IMG/VR virus record: IMGVR_UViG_3300023117_000010
Location: 1 to 64,000 of that record
DNA length: 64,000 nt
Origin: a virus
Reading direction: 5' to 3' (one strand)
Shown here: positions 26,957-34,889 of the stretch, in pieces
Layout: each line of letters starts with the position of its first letter
Numbering within the stretch: the first letter of the stretch is position 1
Made by a program: the position numbers and the translations under genes
Notes under the pieces: model-generated
What the model was told of the DNA's origin: nothing
Seen by the model: the letters and a program-made list of their open reading frames with translations, nothing else
Databases searched by the model: none

Positions 26957-26992
26957 AGAGGACGAAACGCCGTGAGGCGTCAGCGGGATTAT
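26934..26992 (+). ncRNA. Type I hammerhead ribozyme
   Basis: Stem I CCGCT/AGCGG; CTGATGA; stem II GTCCT-AAAG-AGGAC; GAA; stem III ACGCC-GTGA-GGCGT; predicted cleavage after GTC at 26981. Confidence 0.9.
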
Positions 26993-27265
26993 GGGAGAGT
27001 CTAAGAGGTTGCCACCAATTAGATAATCCGAACTCCGTGGCAACGGGGGAAAGCAGGGGGCAACACGCATGGGGGTTGTCCATCTAGACCTGACATAAAC
27101 CTGCAATACGACCCATGTGATAACAACCCGAATAATGATCTGTTCGGGCTACATAATATAACTAAATATAATAACTAAAGGAATCGGTTGTCGGTGACGG
27201 GTGAGCAGGTAGGTGTAGATCCAATTTGGTGACACCACTTGACTTGACTGTGGAACCGTCTATAA
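26993..27265 (+). ncRNA. Unclassified structured RNA region (hairpins and a pseudoknot)
   Basis: No credible ORF; several 5-8 bp helices and an 8-bp loop-to-tail pairing. Confidence 0.5.
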
Positions 27266-27272
27266 TATTTAT

Positions 27273-27370
27273 GCCCCTAATGGTCTAGTGGCAACGACGC
27301 CGGTATCACACAAGGACGCTTGTGATGCTTATGCGGAAGTTTATCGCGGGTTCGACTCCCGCTAGGGGCT
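27273..27370 (+). tRNA. tRNA-like element with an extended, non-canonical anticodon arm (no assignable anticodon)
   Basis: Acceptor GCCCCTA/TAGGGGC; D arm GTC-TAGTGGCAAC-GAC; T arm GCGGG-TTCGACT-CCCGC; no encoded CCA. Confidence 0.7.
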
Positions 27371-27396
27371 ATGCTTTATCAAAGAAAGGAAATAAT

Positions 27397-27546
27397 ATGG
27401 ACAATACAGACACAATCAAATGCATGTGTGGACACACCATTCCAGAGAAGGATGTTACTTATGTCAATCCAGCAACTAAGGCTGTGACTTGGACAGAGGG
27501 GCTTCCTTACTGTGGTTCCTGCGTCCCTGAAATCAAGGAGGATTAG
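27397..27546 (+). CDS. Small zinc-finger protein
   Basis: AAAGGA RBS; CMCGH...YCGSC. Confidence 0.65.
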   Translation: MDNTDTIKCMCGHTIPEKDVTYVNPATKAVTWTEGLPYCGSCVPEIKED

Positions 27547-27553
27547 AAACACT

Positions 27554-27901
27554 ATGAGTTGGTATGACCCGCCAGAATACCCATTTCAGAAGGCAGCAGA
27601 AGAGATTGATAGTCGTGGACTCTTTGGCCTTTACGAGTATGATGCCGAGGCTGAAAAGATCATAAACTATGACAGGATTCCCGATGAATTCGGCAGCAAG
27701 GAAGAAATGACAAAGTTGTATGACTCAATCGTTGAGGATGAGCCAGAGGCTGCTGATAAGTATATCGTGATCGAACTAAGTTTTGATGCGTGCTGTGAAA
27801 TGGCAGAAAGTGAGTATGAAGATGCCCTTGAAGCGCACTACGATTACAAGTATCATGCAGAGAAAGAGTCGCAGCCTTGCGACTACGATGATTACTACTA
27901 G
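27554..27901 (+). CDS. Highly acidic protein
   Basis: MSWYDPPE start; D/E-rich. Confidence 0.7.
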   Translation: MSWYDPPEYPFQKAAEEIDSRGLFGLYEYDAEAEKIINYDRIPDEFGSKEEMTKLYDSIVEDEPEAADKYIVIELSFDACCEMAESEYEDALEAHYDYKYHAEKESQPCDYDDYY

Positions 27902-27905
27902 GAGG

Positions 27906-28037
27906 ATGAACTTGCGTAAGACAAAGACTTCTAACTACCAAACTCCAAAGAGAATTGCTAAGGTAACTATCAGAAAGACAAAGAAGCGACGAAGCAAGGT
28001 CGGCAATACTGTTCCCAACCCAAAGAGGTTTGTATAA
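27906..28037 (+). CDS. 43 aa basic peptide
   Basis: AGGAGG upstream; TAATG coupling to the next gene. Confidence 0.5.
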   Translation: MNLRKTKTSNYQTPKRIAKVTIRKTKKRRSKVGNTVPNPKRFV

Positions 28038-28441
28038 TGTCAGAGATTCTTGAGAATTATAGTGATATTGGCCTCAAGTATGATATCTCACATATCTCTA
28101 CATACATTTTCAATGTCCCCTCATATGGGCCTATCTATCTAATTGAAAAGAGCAATTCGCCAAATGACGTTGCTAGTATGGCTATTGAGGCAATAGATCG
28201 TAGTAACGTCAGCCTGCTTGATGTTAGGGCATCAGAAGTCGTTGAGGATATTCGCGCTTGGTTTACACACCCAGAGGACGATTCATATTCTCTTAGCGAT
28301 TCTTTTTGGAATCAGGTTGAAACTTTTATTTATGATGAGCAAGATGCTGAAATGCATGAAGCGCAGGAATGGCAGCATGAAATTAGCATGATGAATGCTA
28401 GCCGACAGCGCGAACTTGTAGAGGAAATGAGAGGTTGGTAG
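28037..28441 (+). CDS. Hypothetical protein
   Basis: ORF in operon. Confidence 0.7.
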   Translation: MSEILENYSDIGLKYDISHISTYIFNVPSYGPIYLIEKSNSPNDVASMAIEAIDRSNVSLLDVRASEVVEDIRAWFTHPEDDSYSLSDSFWNQVETFIYDEQDAEMHEAQEWQHEISMMNASRQRELVEEMRGW

Positions 28442-28442
28442 T

Positions 28443-28955
28443 ATGTATTTCCCAAAGAAGAGGGTTTCCCTAAATATTGCAGAGACTTCCTATGTCATGA
28501 ATGCAATCTATGAACTAATCCATCAGGATAATAAGAATTATCAAATTTCAAGCAATTATCATCAGAGTCTTTTGGACCTATTCAATGGTTGCAAGTATCT
28601 TTGGAGCGATCATGAGTGGGAAGTCTATAAGTATGTCGTTACCTTTGAGAAGTCTCAGCGGGGGTGGGAGATAGATCGGGATGCAGAGTGGGAAATCAAT
28701 ATCTTGGATTGCGATTCTATTATATTCACCCTACAGCATACTTTTATGCGAGCATCTAAGGACTTCATCAACGGAGACAAGGATTGTAAAAGGCTGATGG
28801 AAGTAATGAGCGAAATCCTCATTCCTCGGTTCACTAATACTTTCAACGATGATGAGTGGAAGTATTATTTTTCTCTAATTGAAGATAATGATTCAGACGA
28901 TGAAGTTAGTCAGCCACTTGATATTCACAATCAAGATACCCAAGAGGTCAGATAA
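28443..28955 (+). CDS. Hypothetical protein
   Basis: ORF in operon. Confidence 0.7.
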   Translation: MYFPKKRVSLNIAETSYVMNAIYELIHQDNKNYQISSNYHQSLLDLFNGCKYLWSDHEWEVYKYVVTFEKSQRGWEIDRDAEWEINILDCDSIIFTLQHTFMRASKDFINGDKDCKRLMEVMSEILIPRFTNTFNDDEWKYYFSLIEDNDSDDEVSQPLDIHNQDTQEVR

Positions 28956-29022
28956 TGTTTGTTGTTTTTTGTATCCTGTTTGTTTTGGCACCACTTTTAT
29001 TTCTAATAAGATAGGAGAAGTT

Positions 29023-29229
29023 ATGAACAATCAAATCTCAATCACTCTCTATGATGGGCGCGTTGCTCATGTTGAGTCAAGAGAAGATGTAAATGTTGTT
29101 ATTTTTAATTATGGAAATGTAAAAAAGAATAAGTTTTCAAAGAAGAAGTTTGATATCATTTCTATTGAAAATCATCATGTTGAAGGAAAGGGTGATGATG
29201 CAATTGTAGGAGTTAGTGATGAAATTTGA
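29023..29229 (+). CDS. Hypothetical protein
   Basis: AGGAG RBS, ATG 29023. Confidence 0.6.
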   Translation: MNNQISITLYDGRVAHVESREDVNVVIFNYGNVKKNKFSKKKFDIISIENHHVEGKGDDAIVGVSDEI

Positions 29230-29437
29230 TGAAGCAATCCCCTGTATGACAATGGGAAACATGGTTTCTAACGATTCTCTTACATCTAGTGTCTCAAAAT
29301 CTAATTCAAGGTGCTATACTTGTGGGTGTAAGGTAAGCATATACAACCCAAGAAAGCGTTGCTTCCCTTGTCGAAAGAAAGAAGTAGAGATTATTTCTAA
29401 TTCTATTGATTCTATATTTGAAGGAGGTCAGAAATGA
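29216..29437 (+). CDS. Small zinc-finger protein
   Basis: CYTCG...SIYN....CFPC. Confidence 0.65.
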   Translation: MMKFDEAIPCMTMGNMVSNDSLTSSVSKSNSRCYTCGCKVSIYNPRKRCFPCRKKEVEIISNSIDSIFEGGQK

Positions 29438-29610
29438 CAAAGACGAATTTTGCAGATCCTTATGATGATTTTGATGATGAGTTTGTTGAGTGGGTTGCTG
29501 AACTGTTGAAAGACTTTGATGATGTTGATAGTTTTTCCGATTACGACAACTCACAGGACGATTTCTTTTGGATCAAGGAATTGAAGGGGGTAGACTTTGA
29601 TGATGAGTGA
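29434..29610 (+). CDS. 58 aa extremely acidic peptide (not in ORF track)
   Basis: AAGGAGG RBS; 21 of 58 residues are D/E. Confidence 0.65.
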   Translation: MTKTNFADPYDDFDDEFVEWVAELLKDFDDVDSFSDYDNSQDDFFWIKELKGVDFDDE

Positions 29611-30196
29611 AACTGATCTTTGGTCTGTTATTTATCCCGATGATTATGTTCCCGTTCGTGGAGACACTATTCGTTATTATGATTTGAATTGGCGTTCTGC
29701 TGTAGTCTTGAACTCACAAGATGATGAGGTAACTTTTCTTACTCCTGAAAATAAGACTAGGACATTCAACAAGAGTAATGTTAAGGTTGCTCACGATATG
29801 CGTATGCGACTTCTCGCAATGCTCAACGATGATGATGCTGCAAAGAACCGTCAGCAATTTCTTGATGAGTATATTGCTAAGGCAGCAAAGAACGAGAAGA
29901 ACGCATTGGAGGCCAAGGCAGAAGCCTCTCAGAAGCGTTCTAACGGCAAGGGTAAGGTGGCCCGCATGGAGCCTAACCGCGCACAAGAAGTCTCACAACT
30001 TGTCAAGGCCGTGACAGAACTGATTGAGAAGTCAGACAAGCCTATGTATAAGAACGATATTGTTAATTCTGTCAAGATGAACCCCACTACCTATTCTCTT
30101 GTTATGAAGAAGGTTATCGGAGGCCACAAGATCATTAAGGCTGGCAAGAAGAGGGGAACCAATTATCGCGTTGCTGGACGCACATACGGCGAGTAA
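29597..30196 (+). CDS. Putative DNA-binding protein (SH3-like N-terminus, winged-HTH-like C-terminus)
   Basis: C-terminal ...KIIKAGKKRGTNY wing motif. Confidence 0.7.
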   Translation: MMMSETDLWSVIYPDDYVPVRGDTIRYYDLNWRSAVVLNSQDDEVTFLTPENKTRTFNKSNVKVAHDMRMRLLAMLNDDDAAKNRQQFLDEYIAKAAKNEKNALEAKAEASQKRSNGKGKVARMEPNRAQEVSQLVKAVTELIEKSDKPMYKNDIVNSVKMNPTTYSLVMKKVIGGHKIIKAGKKRGTNYRVAGRTYGE

Positions 30197-30212
30197 ATAA
30201 AAGTATAAAATG

Positions 30213-30238
30213 AGAGGGGGAGCAATCCCCCTCTTTTA
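30213..30238 (+). terminator. Intrinsic terminator
   Basis: agaggggga-gcaa-tccccctct-ttt. Confidence 0.75.
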
Positions 30239-30265
30239 TGTCATTTTAATTGAGAAGGACTTTAT

Positions 30266-30556
30266 ATGAATTCAAGTAAAGCAAATCACTTCTATAAAGC
30301 ATGGGAAAAGTTTGTAGAACTAACAGACTCGGCTTATGCTGATTACGTTGTTGCATCTGACATTGTTAGTCTTGTAAAGAAACCATCTTTCAATGACCCG
30401 ACCGTTGATAATAATATTATTGCTGTCCAATATCAGATATACAGCAAACTAAATCAGCGTCTACGTTTTTACAAAACACGATATAAAACACTAGAGAATA
30501 CTAGAGATAATGCATTTAAGATATGGATAGAACTCAAAAAGGAGGAAAAGAAATGA
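30266..30556 (+). CDS. Hypothetical protein
   Basis: AAGGA RBS. Confidence 0.65.
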   Translation: MNSSKANHFYKAWEKFVELTDSAYADYVVASDIVSLVKKPSFNDPTVDNNIIAVQYQIYSKLNQRLRFYKTRYKTLENTRDNAFKIWIELKKEEKK

Positions 30557-30801
30557 GTGAGTCAATTAGAAACATTAATGCTGGAGATACAATTATCTAT
30601 AAGGGTTTTAGTGAAGAGATAAAGTATTTTGTGACAAATAAAAAGACCACAGAATCTTTTAACCCAAAAAATCGGGAAGTTAAAATAAGTGGAACTCTTG
30701 CTTGCAAGTCTTTAAAAGAAGATTCAATTGATAGATATAATAACTTTTATTGCGTGGCAGATGGTATGATTCCCAACGTGCAAGTAATTAGACGAGCATA
30801 A
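30553..30801 (+). CDS. Hypothetical protein
   Basis: GGAGG RBS; last plus-strand gene, stop abuts the convergent gene. Confidence 0.6.
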   Translation: MSESIRNINAGDTIIYKGFSEEIKYFVTNKKTTESFNPKNREVKISGTLACKSLKEDSIDRYNNFYCVADGMIPNVQVIRRA

Positions 30802-31272
30802 TTAACTTAATAATTCATCAGGAGAATCAGGAATAGAGTCTACGAATTCTTGTATAAAACTTTCTTCCTGTTCATGTAGTCTTTGTTTGACATTTGTTCT
30901 GAACTCTTTAACGAACTGATCGAATTCATCAAAGTTTTCTTTTAGATGATTTATAGATTCAATAATCATTACTATTGAGTCTCCAAAGATAGAAACAAGG
31001 CGCATCATTTCGCTGCCCGGCTTTGTCTTGGCTATTTCAGACATTTCTTCAGCATCAACTTGCATAATAAATGAGTCTATCTCTTCTCCAACGCTCATGC
31101 AGAGGCGATAGATGCCTTCAGCAACAACAGCACTTGTCTTTTCCATAGACATAGTTTTCGCTTCATCTGAATTAGCCTTGACAAACATCATAAACTGTTC
31201 TTGATTTAGTGGGCCAATTTGTGGTTCACTATCTTCGTTTTGAAAATCATCATTCATAATTCTGTTCCTCAC
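30802..31272 (-). CDS. Hypothetical protein
   Basis: ORF; likely start MNDDF at 31257. Confidence 0.7.
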   Translation of the reverse strand: MRNRIMNDDFQNEDSEPQIGPLNQEQFMMFVKANSDEAKTMSMEKTSAVVAEGIYRLCMSVGEEIDSFIMQVDAEEMSEIAKTKPGSEMMRLVSIFGDSIVMIIESINHLKENFDEFDQFVKEFRTNVKQRLHEQEESFIQEFVDSIPDSPDELLS

Positions 31273-31528
31273 TTATTTCTAAATTAACCATTAGACTTTC
31301 TATTTGTTGATTTATTATCCCAACATTGTCAAGTATAACTTCTTTTATTCTTTCTGTTTCTGCTGTTGCAAGCCTTCTCATGGCTTCATCCCTTTGGATA
31401 AATAGATTGATTAGTTGAGAATATATGAACAACTTGTTCTCAATAATTTCTTTTTTTTCTGAAACTTCTATCAATCTATTCCAAAGATGTTCAGCAGTAT
31501 AGAACCGCCAAGGATTATCTTCTGACAT
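31250..31528 (-). CDS. Hypothetical coiled-coil protein
   Basis: ORF in operon. Confidence 0.65.
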   Translation of the reverse strand: MSEDNPWRFYTAEHLWNRLIEVSEKKEIIENKLFIYSQLINLFIQRDEAMRRLATAETERIKEVILDNVGIINQQIESLMVNLEISEEQNYE

Positions 31529-31801
31529 TTACTTTAAGAATTCGTTATTCTCATTCCAATGTTGTTTTTCTTGATCAGAACGAGAAGCAAGTTTATATAA
31601 ATCACCATCTGACTTTTCGGAAGCCCAAATAGAAAGACCCTTCTTCTTTGTCTTGGCGATTACATGAAGTTTATCTCCCTTGATATGACACTTACCGGGG
31701 ATATGCCTTTCGTCTGCCTGCCAAGCACTTCTGTTCATCCATCCCTTTAACTCTTCTTCTGGGTTCCTACCTTCTCCCATAGGTTCCATCATATTACCCA
31801 C
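31529..31801 (-). CDS. Hypothetical protein
   Basis: GTG 31801 after AAGGAGG; the upstream part of the track ORF is a shadow of thyX. Confidence 0.65.
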   Translation of the reverse strand: MGNMMEPMGEGRNPEEELKGWMNRSAWQADERHIPGKCHIKGDKLHVIAKTKKKGLSIWASEKSDGDLYKLASRSDQEKQHWNENNEFLK

Positions 31802-32648
31802 GTTCTTCCTCCTTAAATATGTGAGGCGCAATTCTTGCGAGGCGCGATTGTACAATTCTTGCGACTTCTTGGAAGGTTGCGTCTGCTTCCGGTGTATTTC
31901 TTTTTTGTAGATACTCGTACCATGATCGGAAGTTTCCTGTGACCACGATTTTAGTTTCTGTACATTCTGGTAATATTGCTCTGGCTGCTTCTCTACTCTT
32001 CTTTTTGAGAGAAAAAGACTCCGTACCAATAAGGTTATAAAGATCATTAAGTTTACCAAAATACTTCTTGCCCAAACTTTCCCCATATTCATGAAACTCC
32101 TGTTCAATATCTTTTTCTTCCCACAAAGCAGGAGGGATAACTAACTCAACCTTGTCTGGAACATAAAACCTTTGAGACAACTGAGAATAATTGAAATGAC
32201 GATGCCTTACTTGTTCATGGCTCCAAAATCTAGGAACACGATCAAAATATAATGTAACACTTGAATGCTCTAGAATAGAGTAATGACCAACTTCCATAAT
32301 ATGCTCTAGATATTCAGAAGCACTTTTGCGTCCTGCCTTGTCCCCAAAGGATTGATAACAAACCCTTCCGGCAAATACAGGAACCTGCTCTTCTAGAGTG
32401 GCATCATATTCAATGCTATGATCAAACTCTGCCGACAACTGTTTAAAAGATGAAGGGATTTCATTTAGATCCCAATAAGGTCTTGAAGTTTGAATAGGAA
32501 CAATTCTAGGATGCCCCATAAAGATTCTAGAATATTTTCCTTCAATAACAGTTCTATATGTTATAGGACTTGTATCTGAATAAATATCTGATTCAATATG
32601 TTTAGAATAATTCAGTTTTTTATTATTAATGAACTTATCCCAAATCAA
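31794..32648 (-). CDS. thyX: FAD-dependent thymidylate synthase
   Basis: GHYSILEH, RHRHFNYSQLSQR, REAAR.ILP, TGNFRSW motifs. Confidence 0.95.
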   Translation of the reverse strand: MIWDKFINNKKLNYSKHIESDIYSDTSPITYRTVIEGKYSRIFMGHPRIVPIQTSRPYWDLNEIPSSFKQLSAEFDHSIEYDATLEEQVPVFAGRVCYQSFGDKAGRKSASEYLEHIMEVGHYSILEHSSVTLYFDRVPRFWSHEQVRHRHFNYSQLSQRFYVPDKVELVIPPALWEEKDIEQEFHEYGESLGKKYFGKLNDLYNLIGTESFSLKKKSREAARAILPECTETKIVVTGNFRSWYEYLQKRNTPEADATFQEVARIVQSRLARIAPHIFKEEERG

Positions 32649-32917
32649 AATGGCCTCCTATCGCCACATTTAGAACAACGAGTTAAATAATGTCTGTGTG
32701 GTCCAGCACAGTCCTCTCTGTTACAAAACCATTCTTCTTTAGGTAGAGCATCTTTACCAAAATTACGGGGAGCAACATTAGAAAAGAATTTACCTTCCAT
32801 AATCTTGCGAGAATGCATATCTGTTCCAAGATATTTCAAAGGACCATTAGTAGTTCCTTCTGGAATACCATCCCTAACAGGATCTATGTCTCTTACTCTA
32901 ATCTCTTTATCACTCAT
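32645..32917 (-). CDS. Zinc-finger protein (RanBP2-like W.C...C...C..CG)
   Basis: WFCNREDC...RCSKCG. Confidence 0.65.
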   Translation of the reverse strand: MSDKEIRVRDIDPVRDGIPEGTTNGPLKYLGTDMHSRKIMEGKFFSNVAPRNFGKDALPKEEWFCNREDCAGPHRHYLTRCSKCGDRRPF

Positions 32918-32926
32918 CTTAATTCC

Positions 32927-33187
32927 TTATGGTGAAATAATTTTAGGGTCTGCGCCTACTCCTTGCATCAATGAAGCAATTTGACTTAACACAAATGAAA
33001 GATTTGCAACACTTGAAAATCTTCCAGCAAGGTTTATTGCTTCATCAACAGTAAGAAATACTTCGCTCTTATTATTATTTATATCTGTAACCATAAGCCT
33101 TACACCTAATCCGTACAGAGGATGTTCTGTAATGCCTACGGAAACGTTTTTACCGCCTAACTCTTCCTTGTTCTCTTCTTCTGACAT
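32927..33187 (-). CDS. Hypothetical protein
   Basis: AAAGG RBS; operon context. Confidence 0.7.
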   Translation of the reverse strand: MSEEENKEELGGKNVSVGITEHPLYGLGVRLMVTDINNNKSEVFLTVDEAINLAGRFSSVANLSFVLSQIASLMQGVGADPKIISP

Positions 33188-33199
33188 ATTTACCTTTCT

Positions 33200-33439
33200 T
33201 TATATCTGCCAAGGCTTGCTTGAAAACAATTCCAACTGATTGTCAAAAACAACATCTGGATAAACAGCCTCTTCTTTTATTGTATCAAATTTTTCACCAT
33301 CTGACCTTGCTCTTACACCATATTCATCTATAATAACTTCAATACGGTCTGTGGCATCTACAGTCAAGTGATGAGGTAGTTCATCATCTAATTGATTATC
33401 AACAACAATATTTATTCTACGCATAATCCTCTCCAACAT
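33200..33439 (-). CDS. Hypothetical protein
   Basis: ORF; C-terminal QLELF. Confidence 0.65.
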   Translation of the reverse strand: MLERIMRRINIVVDNQLDDELPHHLTVDATDRIEVIIDEYGVRARSDGEKFDTIKEEAVYPDVVFDNQLELFSSKPWQI

Positions 33440-33803
33440 TTCTCCAAAATTGGAATACCGAACTTAAAAGGCCAGCGCGAATAGCAGCGGCAACTGCTTC
33501 GGCTGGCACACCAATTGACATATATTCTTCAATTTCATTTATACTAATTTGTTCTACTGATTCTTTATCTTTTATTCTTGTCAAGAGTTGAACAAAGATA
33601 ATATCTTCTTGTTCTTCTGTCCTATGAAAAACAACACCCTGAGTACCTAGTGCAGAAGCAAAATCTACAAACCATTTTTCTTCAGGATTGTTTTCATAAA
33701 TCTCTTTTTGTCTTTCTAGTTGTAATTCATTAAATTGACTTCTAAACTCATGAACCATTTCTGGATCAAACATTTTATCGAATTCATTTCCATCTATAGA
33801 CAT
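33417..33803 (-). CDS. Hypothetical protein
   Basis: ORF in operon. Confidence 0.7.
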   Translation of the reverse strand: MSIDGNEFDKMFDPEMVHEFRSQFNELQLERQKEIYENNPEEKWFVDFASALGTQGVVFHRTEEQEDIIFVQLLTRIKDKESVEQISINEIEEYMSIGVPAEAVAAAIRAGLLSSVFQFWRNVGEDYA

Positions 33804-33829
33804 TGTAAGTACCTAGATAAATAATTGAA

Positions 33830-34396
33830 TCAATCCATAATATCCTCAACTATTTTAATTGCCCTTTCTTTTAACTGCTCCAAAGAACCATCGTTTACCA
33901 ATTCATAATCAACAAAGTAGTTATTTAAACTGTTCTCTGAAACATGATTGTCAATATTTTGTAGATCAGGTCTTTTTAAACTAACTATCTTCCCACCTAG
34001 TTCTCTAATTCTTAACGCTTCATTAGAAAAACGAACATCAGTAATGATCCACAATTTATTATTATGAGATTTTATTCCTCTTTTATTAGGGCGAGGCAAA
34101 ACTTTATCTACCCAAAAATCTTCACCAAAGATTTCTCTATGTGCTTCGGTTCCATATCTTTGAGCAAAACTTCTCCAAGTATATGAATGTTCGTAGTTTT
34201 CACTTTCAACTTTAAACATTGCGCCTTCTCTTTTTAGAATATCAATTTCTCTAACTGAAATTCCAAACAGAGCCGCTAGACTTTCTTTAATCTTATCTGC
34301 AAAAGCAAATCTAATTGCATCAGGATACTCTGACTGTATTAAATTATACACAGTATCTTTTCCTGCTCTTTGCACCCCATGCAATCCGATTATCAT
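33830..34396 (-). CDS. Deoxynucleoside monophosphate kinase
   Basis: IIGLHG...AGKDT, FADKIK, QRYGTE..R, ITDVRF.NE, H.SE (T4 gp1-like). Confidence 0.92.
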   Translation of the reverse strand: MIIGLHGVQRAGKDTVYNLIQSEYPDAIRFAFADKIKESLAALFGISVREIDILKREGAMFKVESENYEHSYTWRSFAQRYGTEAHREIFGEDFWVDKVLPRPNKRGIKSHNNKLWIITDVRFSNEALRIRELGGKIVSLKRPDLQNIDNHVSENSLNNYFVDYELVNDGSLEQLKERAIKIVEDIMD

Positions 34397-34665
34397 TCTT
34401 CGCTCTCACCCGCAGTCATGTTCTCATAAAAGTCATCAATTTCATTCTGAATAGATTGTTCAGCATGAACCCTAAGTTCTTCTTCAATCTCTGCACGACG
34501 AACACGAACATACTCATCATAAGTTACTTGATCCTCTGGATCATCAGGTCTAGGAGCCAAAGGCTCTTCGTGCCCAAATGTCCTTGAAAAAACAACATTC
34601 TCATACTGATTACGAGGATTTGTAACCTTTGAAGTTAACCCAACACTAACTTTAATAACTGTCAT
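34393..34665 (-). CDS. Hypothetical protein
   Basis: ORF coupled to the kinase gene. Confidence 0.7.
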   Translation of the reverse strand: MTVIKVSVGLTSKVTNPRNQYENVVFSRTFGHEEPLAPRPDDPEDQVTYDEYVRVRRAEIEEELRVHAEQSIQNEIDDFYENMTAGESEE

Positions 34666-34671
34666 TTTTAC

Positions 34672-34881
34672 TTATCCTTTGTTTACAGCAATAGCAAGAC
34701 TATTAAAATTATCTGACTTAATTGAATCTTCTGCGTGGGAAACAATCTTTTTTACAATATCATCTGAAATTGGATTCCCTTGCATATCGTAAACTGTAAT
34801 ACAGACAGAACGAGGGTACTGTTTGTATGCTGTCCAACCTTCGTTCTTACGACGCTTACGATTATTGTTATTATTACTCAC
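34672..34881 (-). CDS. Hypothetical protein
   Basis: AGGAG RBS, GTG start. Confidence 0.65.
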   Translation of the reverse strand: MSNNNNNRKRRKNEGWTAYKQYPRSVCITVYDMQGNPISDDIVKKIVSHAEDSIKSDNFNSLAIAVNKG

Positions 34882-34889
34882 TATAACTC

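Noticed and set aside
17657-29986. Long minus-strand ORFs opposite the early cassette (for example 18685-19119, 20084-20623, 21837-22349)
   Set aside because: Antisense frames kept open by codon bias; plus-strand genes carry the RBSs, coupling and promoters
17700-30800. Plus-strand GC-richer block as an integrated mobile element
   Set aside because: No integrase, transposase or att-like repeats; composition grades into the core and the right boundary is a tight convergent stop
31802-32107. N-terminal extension of the 192 aa track ORF
   Set aside because: Overlaps thyX out of frame; a GTG with a strong RBS at 31801 is the better start
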